DNA from: Planctomycetota bacterium
GTDB taxonomy: Bacteria > Planctomycetota > J058
Length of the DNA stretch: 61,718 bases
Direction: 5' to 3'
Assembly: GCA_023954375.1 (NCBI GenBank)
Contig: JAMLIC010000006.1
Coordinates: 210,972 to 272,689, forward strand
Below are positions 19,494 to 29,419 of the stretch, in pieces (position 1 is the stretch's first letter; every line of letters begins with the position of its first letter). The notes beneath the pieces are model-generated. The model had not been told where the DNA came from and ran no database searches. It saw nothing but the letters and a program-made list of their open reading frames with translations. The position numbers and the translations under genes were made by a program.

Positions 19494-20948
19494 CTACGCG
19501 CCCGCCGGCGCGCCGAAGCCGAGGAAGCGGCGCTCGAGCGCGTGGCCGCTCGACGTCAGCCGCTCGAGGGCGGCGCGCAGGCGGGCCGCGTCGATCCGGG
19601 CCAGCCCCTCGCCGTCCACGTCGCCCGAGAGGATGGCGTCGAAGATCGTCTGCTTCATCAGCTCGCGCAGGAACGCCGGCGTGGCGCCCTCGGTCGCCGC
19701 GACGATCGGCTCGAGCGCCGCGTCGTCCACGTGGGCGCGCCGGGCGTAGAGGCGCAGGAGCCTCCTGCGCAGCGCCGCCGACGGGAGCGGGAACTCGAGC
19801 GCCACGTCGACCCGCCCGGGGCGCTGCGCGAGCGCCTCCTCGAGGACGTCCGCGCGGTTGGTGGTGAAGACGAACAGGACCTGCTCGTTCGAGGGCACGC
19901 CGTCGAGCTCGTTGAGGAGCGCGCCGAGGACGCCGCTGCGCTCGCCGTCGCGCCCCGTGGCGACCAGGTCGATGTCCTCGAACAGGAGGAGCGCGGGGGC
20001 GAGCTTGCGCGCGAGCGCGAACGCGCCGCCCACCCGCGCGAGGTCGTTGCCGGTGAGGAGGAGGCTGGTGAAGCCCTGGAGCTGCGAGACGAGCAGGTTG
20101 CACACCATGCTCTTGCCCGTGCCCGGCGGGCCGTGGAGGAGCACGCCGCGCTTGAGGTCCAGGCCGTTGCGCGCCAGCTCCGGGCCCCGGGCCACGTAGT
20201 CGAAGACCTCGCGGCGCAGCCGGGCGAGCAGCTCGTCGGGCAGGATGAGCTGGTCCCACCCGGTCGGCCGGTGCGGGACGATCGTGGCCTCCTTGACCTC
20301 GTCCTTGTAGTCGACGCGCGGCTGGATCAGCCGGCCCCGGAGGACGCTGCGCGCGCGCTCCCACTCGACGAGCGCGCGCACGAAGCGCTCCGCCACGCCG
20401 GGCGCCGCGCCGACCGCCTCGACGCGGAAGGAGGCGTCGAGCGTGTCCTGCGTGAGGAGGAGCAGGGCCACCACCGGGGTGCCCTCGAAGGTCGCGAGGG
20501 CCAGCCCGCGGAGGAGGCCGCGGCGCAGCTCGCCCGGCGCCACCTCGAGCTCGGCGTCGGCCGCGGCGGTCGGCTCGAGGCCGACGAAGTCGCCCAGGGC
20601 GGTGACCCGCGCCGGGCGGAGGACGTCGGCCAGCGTGCGGCGGGCGTAGCTCTCGCCCACGTCGAGGCCGATCACCTCCGCCGAGTGCGCGGCCAGGAAG
20701 TCCGTGACGACCACCGCGACGTTGGTGGCGAGGTACCTGGGGAAGTCGTGCTCGACGACCCGCGGGCCGACCTCGTCCTCGCCGCCGGTCAGGCCCAGGT
20801 GCCGCCGGACCCGCTCGTTGACCGAGGCGCGCACCTTCGCCGCCGACTCGCGCCGGAGCCGGAACCACGCGATCAGGGCCACGGCGCCGACGGCGGCGAC
20901 GAGGGCGAGGGCGAGGCCGACCAGCCCCGCCGCGAGCAGCTCGAGGGC
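19494..20948 (-). CDS. membrane-anchored AAA+ ATPase (classic AAA clade); the true start is uncertain (GTG at 20882, or a non-canonical start right after the upstream TAA)
   Basis: Walker A GPPGTGKS, Walker B LLLFEDID, sensor-1 TTNR, Arg finger RPGRVD. The N-terminal TM helix is complete only if translation begins upstream of the GTG at 20882. Confidence 0.8.
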   Translation of the reverse strand, partial: ALELLAAGLVGLALALVAAVGAVALIAWFRLRRESAAKVRASVNERVRRHLGLTGGEDEVGPRVVEHDFPRYLATNVAVVVTDFLAAHSAEVIGLDVGESYARRTLADVLRPARVTALGDFVGLEPTAAADAELEVAPGELRRGLLRGLALATFEGTPVVALLLLTQDTLDASFRVEAVGAAPGVAERFVRALVEWERARSVLRGRLIQPRVDYKDEVKEATIVPHRPTGWDQLILPDELLARLRREVFDYVARGPELARNGLDLKRGVLLHGPPGTGKSMVCNLLVSQLQGFTSLLLTGNDLARVGGAFALARKLAPALLLFEDIDLVATGRDGERSGVLGALLNELDGVPSNEQVLFVFTTNRADVLEEALAQRPGRVDVALEFPLPSAALRRRLLRLYARRAHVDDAALEPIVAATEGATPAFLRELMKQTIFDAILSGDVDGEGLARIDAARLRAALERLTSSGHALERRFLGFGAPAGA

Positions 20949-20960
20949 GCTCAGGAGGGG

Positions 20961-21083
20961 TTAGGCCTTGGCGGGCTTCGCCTTGGCGAGCGCCTTGATC
21001 TGCTCGTTCAGGCGGTCCTTCTTGCGCTTGTTGTAGGCGGACTTCTTCTTCAGCTTCGTCTGCGTGCGGTACTTGCGGCCCAT
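20961..21083 (-). CDS. 40-aa lysine/arginine-rich small protein (MGRKYRTQTKLKKKSAYNKRKKDRLNEQIKALAKAKPAKA)
   Basis: ATG with a strong AGGAGG RBS 7 nt upstream and GC3-biased codons. It is in the same frame as the downstream AAA+ ATPase, separated only by TAA. Too short for the ORF track. Confidence 0.45.
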   Translation of the reverse strand: MGRKYRTQTKLKKKSAYNKRKKDRLNEQIKALAKAKPAKA

Positions 21084-21159
21084 GGCGGGTCCTCCTGGGA
21101 TGGTGTGGGTCGCCCATTGAGCCAGCCGGGCGGGCGGCTGGCAAGGGGGAGGCTCGCGG

Positions 21160-24100
21160 TCAGCCCTTCACGACCCCGAGCGGCCGGATCCGCGCCACCT
21201 TCTCGGCCAGGCCGCCCTGGTGGACGACGTCGACGACCTGCGCCACGTCCTTGTAGGCCTCGGGCACCTCCTCGACGACGGTCGCGCGCGAGGCCCCCAG
21301 GACGATGATCCCGAGCGTCTCCTCGAGGCGGCGCGTGACGTTCTCGGCGCCGTGGCGGCGCTTGGCCTCGGAGCGCGAGAGGAGGCGTCCGGCCCCGTGG
21401 CAGGCCGACCCGAACGTGTCCTCGGCGCGCGCGCCGCCCTTGAGCACGAACGAGTAGCGGCCCATGTCGCCCGGAATGATCACGGGCTGCCCCAGCGCGC
21501 GGTAGGCCTCGGGCACGAGGGGGTGGCCCGGCGGCAGGGCGCGCGTGGCGCCCTTGCGGTGCAGGAGGAGGCGCTTCGTCTGGCCGTCGACGGGGTGCTC
21601 CTCGAACTTGGCGATGTTGTGGCACACGTCGTAGACGGTGCGCAGCCGCGTCCTGAAGCGGTCCTTGAACACCAGCCGGGCCCAGTGGGTCATCACCTGC
21701 CGGTTCGTAAAGGCGAAGTTGGCCGCCGACGCCATGGCGCCCAGGTAGCGCCTCGCCTCGGGGCTGTCGATCGGCGCGCAGCAGAGCTGCCGGTCGACGA
21801 GCGGGATGTCGTAGGCCGCCGAGGCCGCGAGCATGGCCGAGAGCGAGTCCTCGCACACCTGGTGGCCGAGCCCGCGCGAGCCCGAGTGGATCATGAGCGT
21901 GATCTGCCCGAGCCGCAGGCCGTAGGCCGCGGCGGTCGCCTCGTCGTGGACCTCGTCGACGACGCCGACCTCGGCGAAGTGGTTCCCCGAGCCGAGCGTC
22001 CCCAGCTGGTCGCGCCCGCGCTGCCGCGCGCGGTGGCTCACCGCCGCCGGGTCGGCCCCCGGGATCCGGCCGGTCTCCTCGACGTGGGCGCGGTCGTCGT
22101 CGGTGGCGTAGCCCTGCTCGACCGCCCAGTCGAGCCCGCGCTCGAGCACCTGCGAGAGCGTGCCGTCGTCGAGGTGCAGCTCCGGGCGCGTCGAGCCGAC
22201 GCCCGAGGGGATCGCGTCGAACAGGGCGCGCGTGAGCTCCTTGAGGCGCGGCTTCACGTCCCCGAGGTGCAGGTCGGAGGCGAGGAGGCGGACGCCGCAG
22301 TTGTGCACGACGACGCCCTCGGCGACGAAGTCGTGCGAGGGGTGGTCGACGGTGATGTCGTAGACGCGGTCGACGTCGGCGCGCGGCCGGATCGCGACGA
22401 CCTCGTCCCACACCGCGCCGGAGTCGCCGAGCCCGAAGGTCGCCTCCTCGAGCCACTCGTCGAGGCGCGGGAACCGCTCCGCCACGCGCACCTGCGCGTC
22501 CGGCTGGCCCCCTCGCCGACCGTGGATCGTTCGCTCGACGAACCGCAGGTTCACCGGCGCCGAAGCCCCGAGCGCCGCGTGGATCCGGGCCGCGGACCAC
22601 CCGTGCCGGCGGCGCAGGTCGAGGGCCTGCTCGCGCGTGGCCCGACGCTCGCCCAGCGCGGCCAGCTTGGCGCGCAGGTACCCCACGGCGGCGGCCGCCT
22701 TCCGGGTCCGGCTCGCGTTGTACTCGAAGCCGATGCGCCCCCAGAGCGCGATCAAGTCGTCCGGGGTGGACGGGAAGATCAGGCGCAGCCGGATCGACGT
22801 GCTGCCGTCCGGCGCGTCGTACTCCTCGCGCTCGGAGAGCGTGCAGGGGCGGACGCCGAAGCGCGCGGCCACCGCGCCCACCTGCTCGAGGAACCGACGC
22901 CCGCTGGCGACGTGCGGCTCGCGCTTGTTCTGGCAGAGGACCGGCGCCTGGAAGCACGTCCCCTGCTCGGGCACCGGCGTGGGGGCGCTCAGCTCCGCGC
23001 CGAAGAAGCCGGCGAGGAACAGCCGCTGCTGCCAGCGCGGCGCCTCATCGAGCCACCGGGGCAGGCCCCAGTCCTGGTCGACGCGCCGGCGGGTCGGGAG
23101 TCCCATGGCCGCGAGCAGCAGGGCCAGCCTCTTGCCCAGCGCAAGCGAGTGCTCCGTGGTCGTGAAGGCGCTCGTGCCGTACCGCGTGGCGACGGCGCAC
23201 CGGCGGGGGCGCGAGTGCACCGACGAGACCCGGAACCAGGGGCGCAGGTCCCCGCGCATCCGCTCGAGGTCCTCGGCCGCGCCGTAGGCGACCGCCTTCA
23301 GCGTCGTGCCGGTGGTGAAGATCGTGCCGTCCCCGAGCACGTAGCCGGCGACCTTCAGCAGGACGGGGAGCGCCGGATGGTCGTCCGTCAGCGGGAGGAG
23401 GTCGTCGAGGCGACGGAGCGCCTGCTCGAGTCCGTTGCCGCCGCTGCCCTTCCCGTGCTGGACCGCGACCTCGCGCACCTGGTCGCGCGAGACGATCACA
23501 CGCCCGGCGGGCGGCTCGTAGGGCACCCCCTCGAAGGGGTGCGTCGCCACGCGGTCGCCCACCACGAGGGCGCCGAGGTCCCGCATGCCGGTCGGGGTGA
23601 GGAAGGGATGGTCGTCGGTCGCGACGACCCGCCGTCCGGCGGCGGTCTCGACCTCGAACACCGGGCGGCGCGGGCGGCGCGCGAGGCCCGCCGCCACGGC
23701 GCCGGCCTGGAACTCGCGCCGGTCAAGGTCGAACACGGTCACCGGGTCGCGGACCTGCCCCTCGACGAGGTCGCGGAGCGGGCGCGTGTAGCCCAGCGCG
23801 GAGGTGACGCGGGTGTCGCCGGCGAGGCAGTTGATGTCGAAGCCGATCCCGCCCGGCGTGACCACCCCGCCTGCGTCAGGGTCGAACGCCGCCACGCCGC
23901 CGATCGGGAAGCCGTAGCCCCAGTGAATGTCCGGCATGGCGAACGAGTGGCCGACGATCCCCGGCAGCGTGGCGACGTTGGCGACCTGCTCGAGGCTACG
24001 GTCCTCGCGCAGGTCGGGGAGGAGGTCCTCGCGCGCGTAGACGATCCCGTCCACGTGCATGGCGCCCGTCTTCGGCACGCGCCAGCGGACGTCGTCGATC

Positions 24101-24228
24101 TTCTCCAGCGGCACCGGCCGCCCCTCGTAGGGCGGCGGCGCGGCGGAGGGGCCCGCGCCTCGCGCCTCGCGCTTGCGGGCCTGCTTCTTGGCCACCTGCT
24201 GGCGGCGCTTGCGGTCCTTGCGGCTCAC
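21160..24228 (-). CDS. rtcB: RNA-splicing ligase RtcB, interrupted by a 510-aa intein
   Basis: The exteins join to GFDIN-CGVRLL, the RtcB active-site motif, and other RtcB motifs are present (GSGNHF, HSGSRGLG, CHNIA). GTG start with an AAGGAGGG RBS. Confidence 0.9.
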   Translation of the reverse strand: MSRKDRKRRQQVAKKQARKREARGAGPSAAPPPYEGRPVPLEKIDDVRWRVPKTGAMHVDGIVYAREDLLPDLREDRSLEQVANVATLPGIVGHSFAMPDIHWGYGFPIGGVAAFDPDAGGVVTPGGIGFDINCLAGDTRVTSALGYTRPLRDLVEGQVRDPVTVFDLDRREFQAGAVAAGLARRPRRPVFEVETAAGRRVVATDDHPFLTPTGMRDLGALVVGDRVATHPFEGVPYEPPAGRVIVSRDQVREVAVQHGKGSGGNGLEQALRRLDDLLPLTDDHPALPVLLKVAGYVLGDGTIFTTGTTLKAVAYGAAEDLERMRGDLRPWFRVSSVHSRPRRCAVATRYGTSAFTTTEHSLALGKRLALLLAAMGLPTRRRVDQDWGLPRWLDEAPRWQQRLFLAGFFGAELSAPTPVPEQGTCFQAPVLCQNKREPHVASGRRFLEQVGAVAARFGVRPCTLSEREEYDAPDGSTSIRLRLIFPSTPDDLIALWGRIGFEYNASRTRKAAAAVGYLRAKLAALGERRATREQALDLRRRHGWSAARIHAALGASAPVNLRFVERTIHGRRGGQPDAQVRVAERFPRLDEWLEEATFGLGDSGAVWDEVVAIRPRADVDRVYDITVDHPSHDFVAEGVVVHNCGVRLLASDLHLGDVKPRLKELTRALFDAIPSGVGSTRPELHLDDGTLSQVLERGLDWAVEQGYATDDDRAHVEETGRIPGADPAAVSHRARQRGRDQLGTLGSGNHFAEVGVVDEVHDEATAAAYGLRLGQITLMIHSGSRGLGHQVCEDSLSAMLAASAAYDIPLVDRQLCCAPIDSPEARRYLGAMASAANFAFTNRQVMTHWARLVFKDRFRTRLRTVYDVCHNIAKFEEHPVDGQTKRLLLHRKGATRALPPGHPLVPEAYRALGQPVIIPGDMGRYSFVLKGGARAEDTFGSACHGAGRLLSRSEAKRRHGAENVTRRLEETLGIIVLGASRATVVEEVPEAYKDVAQVVDVVHQGGLAEKVARIRPLGVVKG
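22300..23829 (-). other. full-length intein with a LAGLIDADG homing-endonuclease domain, inserted before the catalytic Cys of RtcB
   Basis: Block A CLAGDTRV, block B TDDHPF, LAGLIDADG-like motifs VAGYVLGDG and LAGFFGAE, C-terminal VVVHN followed by the +1 Cys. Confidence 0.85.
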
Positions 24229-24286
24229 GCGCCCTCCTTGGGTGCGAACAGAAGGCTAACCTGAGGGTCCGACATCCCTGGCGCCC

Positions 24287-24712
24287 TCACAGGTCGAAGA
24301 TCAGCCGGGCGCGGACGACCCGGCCCCGTCGCGCGAGGGCGGCCTGGTGGTGGGTGACCGCCTTGACCGGCCGCGCGATCGGGTGGCGGGCGGGATCGAA
24401 GCGCTCGCCGTGCGCGGTCCCCTCGATGCGCGTCGCCTCGACGCGGGCCGGCGAGAACCTGGCGCAGAGGAAGCGCTCGACCTCGAACAGGTAGAGGAGC
24501 TCGTTGCCGAGCGCCACGAGGGTCGCCGGCGCGTCGATCCCGGTGACGCTGACCTCGCGCGCCTCGCGCTCGGCGACCGTCTCCGGCGCGTCCGTGAGCA
24601 GGGCCAGGAACGCGCGCGCGCAGGCGGCCACGGCGGCGCCCTCGTCGGGCGCCTCGACGTCGACGCCGAAGTCGCCCGTGTGGTCGAAGAAGCGGTACGA
24701 CGGCTCGGCCAC
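24287..24712 (-). CDS. archease (RtcB activator)
   Basis: FFDHTGDFGVDVEA signature. 141 aa, immediately upstream of rtcB. Confidence 0.8.
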   Translation of the reverse strand: MAEPSYRFFDHTGDFGVDVEAPDEGAAVAACARAFLALLTDAPETVAEREAREVSVTGIDAPATLVALGNELLYLFEVERFLCARFSPARVEATRIEGTAHGERFDPARHPIARPVKAVTHHQAALARRGRVVRARLIFDL

Positions 24713-24780
24713 GGCACCCCGGACGCGCGCGCGGGCGGCGCCTGTCTCCCCGCCTGATGGTACCCCCTAGAATGCACCCC

Positions 24781-25911
24781 ATGCAGGTGCGGGTCCTCAC
24801 GGGCGTGGCCGACGTCCCCGAGGCGGCGTGGGACCGCCTCGTGGGCGACGCGTCACCCTTCGTCGAGTGGGCCTACGTGCGCGCCTGCGAGGTCGACTCG
24901 GCCACGCCCGAGCACGGGGTCGAGCCGCGGCACGTGACCGTGTGGCGGGGCGGCGAGCTCGTCGGCGCGGCGCCGCTCTACCTCAAGCACGACGGGCGCG
25001 GCGAGTTCATCTACGACTTCGCCTGGGCCATGGCGGCGCGACGGGCGCGCCTGCCCTACCACCCCAAGCTCGTCTCCATGGCGCCGTTCGCGCCGTTCGA
25101 CGTGCCCCACCTCCTCGTCGCGCCGGGCGACCCCGACCCCGACGCCGTGCGCGCCGCGCTGGTGCAGGGCGTCGAGGACCTCGCCGAGCGCGAGGGCGCC
25201 CACGGCGTCCACTGGCTGTTCACGGGCGACGCGGAGGCGCAGGCGCTGGCGGGCCGCGGCTACGCGCGCCGGCGCACGCTCTCGCTCGTGTGGACCAACC
25301 CCGGCGAGGCCACGTTCGAGGGCTGGCTGGGGCGGCTGCGCAGCAAGGCGCGCGTGCGCACGCGGCGCGAGCTGCGGCGCCTCGACGAGGCCGGCGTCGC
25401 CATCGAGCGCGTCGAGGGCGACGCGGTCACCCCGGACGACGTCGACCTGCTCCGCCGCTACTACGAGGCGACGTGCGAGGCGCACGGGACCGGCAGCGAC
25501 TACCTCAAGCCCGGGACCTGGGACCTCCTCGGGCGCGCCTGGCGCCATCGCCTCGTCCTCTTCTTCGCCCGCGCGGGCGGCCGCCGCGTCGGCGGGTCGC
25601 TCCTCGTGCAGAAGGGCGCCGACCTCTACGGCCGCTACTGGGGCGCCGACGCCGCGCAGCCGTTCCTCTACTTCGCCCTGTGCTTCTACCGGCCGATCGC
25701 CCACGCCCTCGAGCGCGGCCTCCGGCGCGTGCACGCCGGCGCCGGCACGACCTTCCACAAGCACGCCCGCGGCTTCGACCCCGCGCTGATCACCTCGTGG
25801 CACCGCCTGCGCCACCCGGCCCTGCACGAGGCCATCGCCCGCGCGGCCGCGGCGGAGGCCGAGGAGGTCGAGCGCGCCGCCCACCTCCTCGGCCGACCAT
25901 CCCAGGCCTAA
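24781..25911 (+). CDS. GNAT-fold FemAB-like acyltransferase family protein (DUF482-like)
   Basis: 377-384 aa depending on start (ATG at 24757 or 24781), with the conserved HWLF...YWGA...FHKHARGF pattern. Divergent from archease. Confidence 0.5.
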   Translation: MQVRVLTGVADVPEAAWDRLVGDASPFVEWAYVRACEVDSATPEHGVEPRHVTVWRGGELVGAAPLYLKHDGRGEFIYDFAWAMAARRARLPYHPKLVSMAPFAPFDVPHLLVAPGDPDPDAVRAALVQGVEDLAEREGAHGVHWLFTGDAEAQALAGRGYARRRTLSLVWTNPGEATFEGWLGRLRSKARVRTRRELRRLDEAGVAIERVEGDAVTPDDVDLLRRYYEATCEAHGTGSDYLKPGTWDLLGRAWRHRLVLFFARAGGRRVGGSLLVQKGADLYGRYWGADAAQPFLYFALCFYRPIAHALERGLRRVHAGAGTTFHKHARGFDPALITSWHRLRHPALHEAIARAAAAEAEEVERAAHLLGRPSQA

Positions 25912-26107
25912 GCTGCGTGAGACAATGAGCTTGTGGCGCGCCCTGGGGCGGGTGAGCAGAATTTTCTACTCCCATGGCGCCCGGAGGTTACTATTTGCCG
26001 CTCCGGGCTGGACCCGAACCTCTGTTCGGTCCAGCCCTGCACACATCTGCTGCATTCATCAAATGGGAGTGGTCCCGAGCGGGACCGCCGATCGGAGCTC
26101 TGAACGT
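25912..26107 (+). promoter_or_regulatory. low-GC structured leader/promoter region upstream of the EF-G paralog
   Basis: Markedly lower GC than its surroundings. Three hairpins, including a 14-bp stem gggctggacccgaac/gttcggtccagccc. Confidence 0.3.
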
Positions 26108-28226
26108 GGCCATCACCCCCAGGTCGCTGATCCGGAACATCGGGATCTCGGCGCACATCGACTCGGGCAAGACGACGCTCAGCGAGCGGATCCTCTTCTA
26201 TACCGGCAAGATCCACGCCATTCACGAGGTGAAGGGCAAGGACGGCGTCGGCGCGACCATGGACTCCATGGACCTGGAGCGCGAGAAGGGCATCACGATC
26301 CAGTCGGCCGCCACCTACTGCGAGTGGGACGGCTACAACATCAACCTGATCGACACCCCCGGCCACGTCGACTTCACGATCGAGGTGGAGCGCTCGCTCC
26401 GCGTCCTCGACGGCGCGATCCTCGTCCTCTGCGGCGTCGCGGGCGTGCAGTCGCAGTCGATCACCGTCGACCGGCAGATGCGCCGCTACAAGGTCCCGCG
26501 CCTGGCGTTCGTCAACAAGTGCGACCGCGCCGGCGCCGACCCGCTGCGCGTGTGCGAGGCGCTGCGCGAGCTCCTGCAGCACAACGCGGTGATGATCCAG
26601 CACCCGATCGGCCTCGAGGCGAACCACAAGGGCCTCGTCGACCTGATCACCCGCGAGGCCTACTACTTCGAGGGCGAGAAGGGCGAGACGATCCGCAAGG
26701 ACAAGGTCCCCGCCGACCTCGTCGACGTGGTCGAGGCGCAGCGCCAGAAGCTGTGCGAGGCGCTCGCCGACCTCGACGACAACGTCGCGGCGGCGTTCCT
26801 CGACGGGCAGGAGCTCACCCCGGAGATGCTCTACCCGGCCCTGCGCAAGGCGACGATCGAGCGCAAGATCACGCCGGTGTGCCTCGGCTCGGCCTACAAG
26901 AACAAGGGCGTGCAGCCGCTCCTCGACAACGTCATCCGCTACCTGCCCTCACCCGAGGACATCAGCGACTACGAGGCGCTCGACCGCGACAAGAACGAGG
27001 AGAAGGTGCACCTGCGGCCCGACCCGAAGGACCCGCTGGTGGCGCTGGCGTTCAAGCTGCAGGACGGGCAGTTCGGCCAGCTCACCTACTGCCGCATCTA
27101 CCAGGGCACGCTGAGGAAGGGCGAGTTCATCGTCAACTCGGCCACGCAGAAGAAGGTCAAGGTGCCGCGCCTGGTGCAGATGCACGCCGACCAGATGCAC
27201 GAGATCGAGGAGGCCTACGCCGGCGACATCGTGGCCCTGTTCGGCATCGACTGCTCGTCGGGCGACACGTTCACCGACGGCTCGGTGAACTTCACGATGA
27301 CCTCGATGTTCGTCCCCGACGCCGTGGTCACGCTCGCCGTCGAGCCGGCCAAGAAGGAGGGCTCGAACAACTTCTCCAAGGCGCTGAACCGCTTCGCCAA
27401 GGAGGACCCCACCTTCCGCGTCTCGCGCGACGAGGAGTCGAGCCAGACGATCATCGGGGGCATGGGCGAGCTGCACCTCGAGGTCTACATCGAGCGCATC
27501 CGCCGCGAGTACAAGGTCGACGTGATCGTCGGCCAGCCGCAGGTGGCCTACCGCGAGGCGATCTCGCAGCGGGCGGAGTTCGAGTACACGCACAAGAAGC
27601 AGACCGGCGGCTCGGGCCAGTACGCCAAGATCGGCGGCTACATCGAGCCGACCGAGGAGGTCGAGGGCGAGCCGCGCAAGGACTACGAGTTCATCGACGA
27701 CACCGTCGGCGGCGTGATCCCCAAGGAGTTCATGAAGTCCTGCGACAAGGGCTTCACGGAGGCCGTGCAGAAGGGGCCGCAGATCGGCATGCCGGTCGTG
27801 GGCATGCGGATCGTGATCAACGACGGCAACACGCACCCGGTCGACTCGAAGGACATCGCCTTCCAGACGGCCGCGAAGTTCGCCTTCCGCGAGTGCTTCC
27901 CCAAGGCCAAGCCGATCATCCTCGAGCCGATCATGAAGGTCGAGGTCGAGGGGCCGGAGGAGTTCTCGGGCACGATCCTCGGCGGCATCAACCGCCGCCG
28001 CGGCATGATCCAGGGCAACTCCTCGGCCTACGGCCAGGCCAAGATCACGGCGCTGGTGCCGCTCAAGGACATGTTCGGGTACTCGAACGACCTGCGCTCG
28101 CAGACCCAGGGCAAGGCCGAGTTCTCCATGGAGTTCGCGAAGTACGCCCAGGTGCCGCGCAACATCCAGGAGGAGCTCATCAAGGAGGCCGAGGCCAAGA
28201 AGAAGGTCCTCGCCGGCGCCCGCTAG
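26108..28226 (+). CDS. fusA: elongation factor G paralog (EF-G2-like)
   Basis: [17 protein letters not shown]1 motif, [15 protein letters not shown] at 26108 with a GGAG RBS. Confidence 0.9.
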
Positions 28227-28298
28227 GCGCCCTCCCGAGCACGACGCAGCGACGCGCCCCGCCGGCCCGCCGGCGGGGCGCTCGCGTTGGTTCGAGCC

Positions 28299-28655
28299 TC
28301 AGGCGAGGAGCGCGGCGGCCATCACGGCCCAGAACCAGACCCCCGCGACGGCCAGGCCGGGGATCAGCACCGCCTGCGCGCGCGTGACCTCGCGCGCCGG
28401 TCCGCGGCGGGCGCGCCACACGCCGGCGCCGACCAGGGCGCCGAGGAGCACCGCGCCGGCGACGCGGGCGAGCGCTTCGCGCTCGCCGCCCGGGGCGAAC
28501 GGCAGCGCGCGCTCGGCGAGGTCGACCAGCACGTCGACGCCGGGGAGGCAGAGGAGCGCCAGCCAGAGCAGGGCGGCGGCGGCGAGGCCGTGGGAGAGGG
28601 CCAGGGCGAGGTCGACGCGCGTGAGGCCGCGGTCGTCGTCGTCGCGCGCGCTCAC
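28299..28655 (-). CDS. small membrane protein (last gene of the radical-SAM operon)
   Basis: 118 aa, three TM helices, overlaps the upstream gene by 4 nt. Confidence 0.35.
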   Translation of the reverse strand: MSARDDDDRGLTRVDLALALSHGLAAAALLWLALLCLPGVDVLVDLAERALPFAPGGEREALARVAGAVLLGALVGAGVWRARRGPAREVTRAQAVLIPGLAVAGVWFWAVMAAALLA

Positions 28656-29419
28656 CGGACCGGCTCCTCGCAGCCGGGTGACCCGTCCGGCGGCACGGCC
28701 TCGAACGCCGCCTCGGCCACGAGGTCCTGCAGGCGCGCGACGACGCGCAGGGCGCCCGGCCCGCGCGGGACGACGACGCCGGCGGCGTCGACCTCGCCCG
28801 GACCCTCGACCTCGAAGCGCGCGCCCGCCGTGAGGTCGCGCCCGTCGTCGCCGCGCAGGACGAGCTGGAGCGGCGCGCCGACGAGCACCGCCCGGCCGTC
28901 GTCGGGGAGCAGCCGCGCGCCGCGCGGCGCGTCGGCCGCGCGCGCGTCGCGCCCGACGCGCACCGGGACCCCGATCGACGGGACCTGTCCGGCCGTGGGG
29001 TCGACGTGGCCGACGACGATCGTCGTCTCACCCGGGGCGCGCGCCGTCACCAGGCCGGTCGTCGAGACGCTGGCGATCGACGCGTCCAGGCTCGTGAATC
29101 GGGCGCCGGCGGCGACGTCGCGCAGCGACCCGTCGGCGGTCAGGCCGTCGACGCGCAGCTGGAACGTCTCGCCCGGCGCGAGGTCGGGCGCGCGGTCGAG
29201 CGCGAGCGCCAGGACGGCGCCAGGCCCGACCCACGGCGGCCTCGCGACCAGGGCGCCCGCGACGCGGTAGACGCCGAGCCGGTAGAGGTCGGGCGGGCCG
29301 ACGACCCCGAGGTGGAGCCCGCCCGCGAGCAGCCCGGCGCCGCCGCCGAGGAGGAGGAGGCGCAGGGCCCGGCGGCCCGCCTCCTCCTCCTCGGGGCGCT
29401 CGTCGTCACGGTCCGACAC
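28652..29419 (-). CDS. membrane-anchored protein with a bacterial Ig-like (Big_2) domain
   Basis: N-terminal TM helix. Big_2-like segment FTSLDASIASVSTTGLVTARAPGETTIVV. Overlaps the radical-SAM gene's 3' end. Confidence 0.5.
   Translation of the reverse strand: MSDRDDERPEEEEAGRRALRLLLLGGGAGLLAGGLHLGVVGPPDLYRLGVYRVAGALVARPPWVGPGAVLALALDRAPDLAPGETFQLRVDGLTADGSLRDVAAGARFTSLDASIASVSTTGLVTARAPGETTIVVGHVDPTAGQVPSIGVPVRVGRDARAADAPRGARLLPDDGRAVLVGAPLQLVLRGDDGRDLTAGARFEVEGPGEVDAAGVVVPRGPGALRVVARLQDLVAEAAFEAVPPDGSPGCEEPVR

Noticed and set aside
18826-21308. 772-aa minus and 714-aa plus ORFs overlapping the AAA+ ATPase region
   Set aside because: Low-complexity Arg/Gly/Pro translations. The AAA+ frame alone has Walker motifs.
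21220-24264. 1014-aa plus-strand ORF antisense to rtcB
   Set aside because: No motifs. The mirrored frame of the intein-containing rtcB is the real gene.
25925-28387. 820-aa ORF in an alternative frame over the EF-G gene
   Set aside because: Out of frame with the GTPase motifs. The 26108 frame carries canonical EF-G G-domain signatures.
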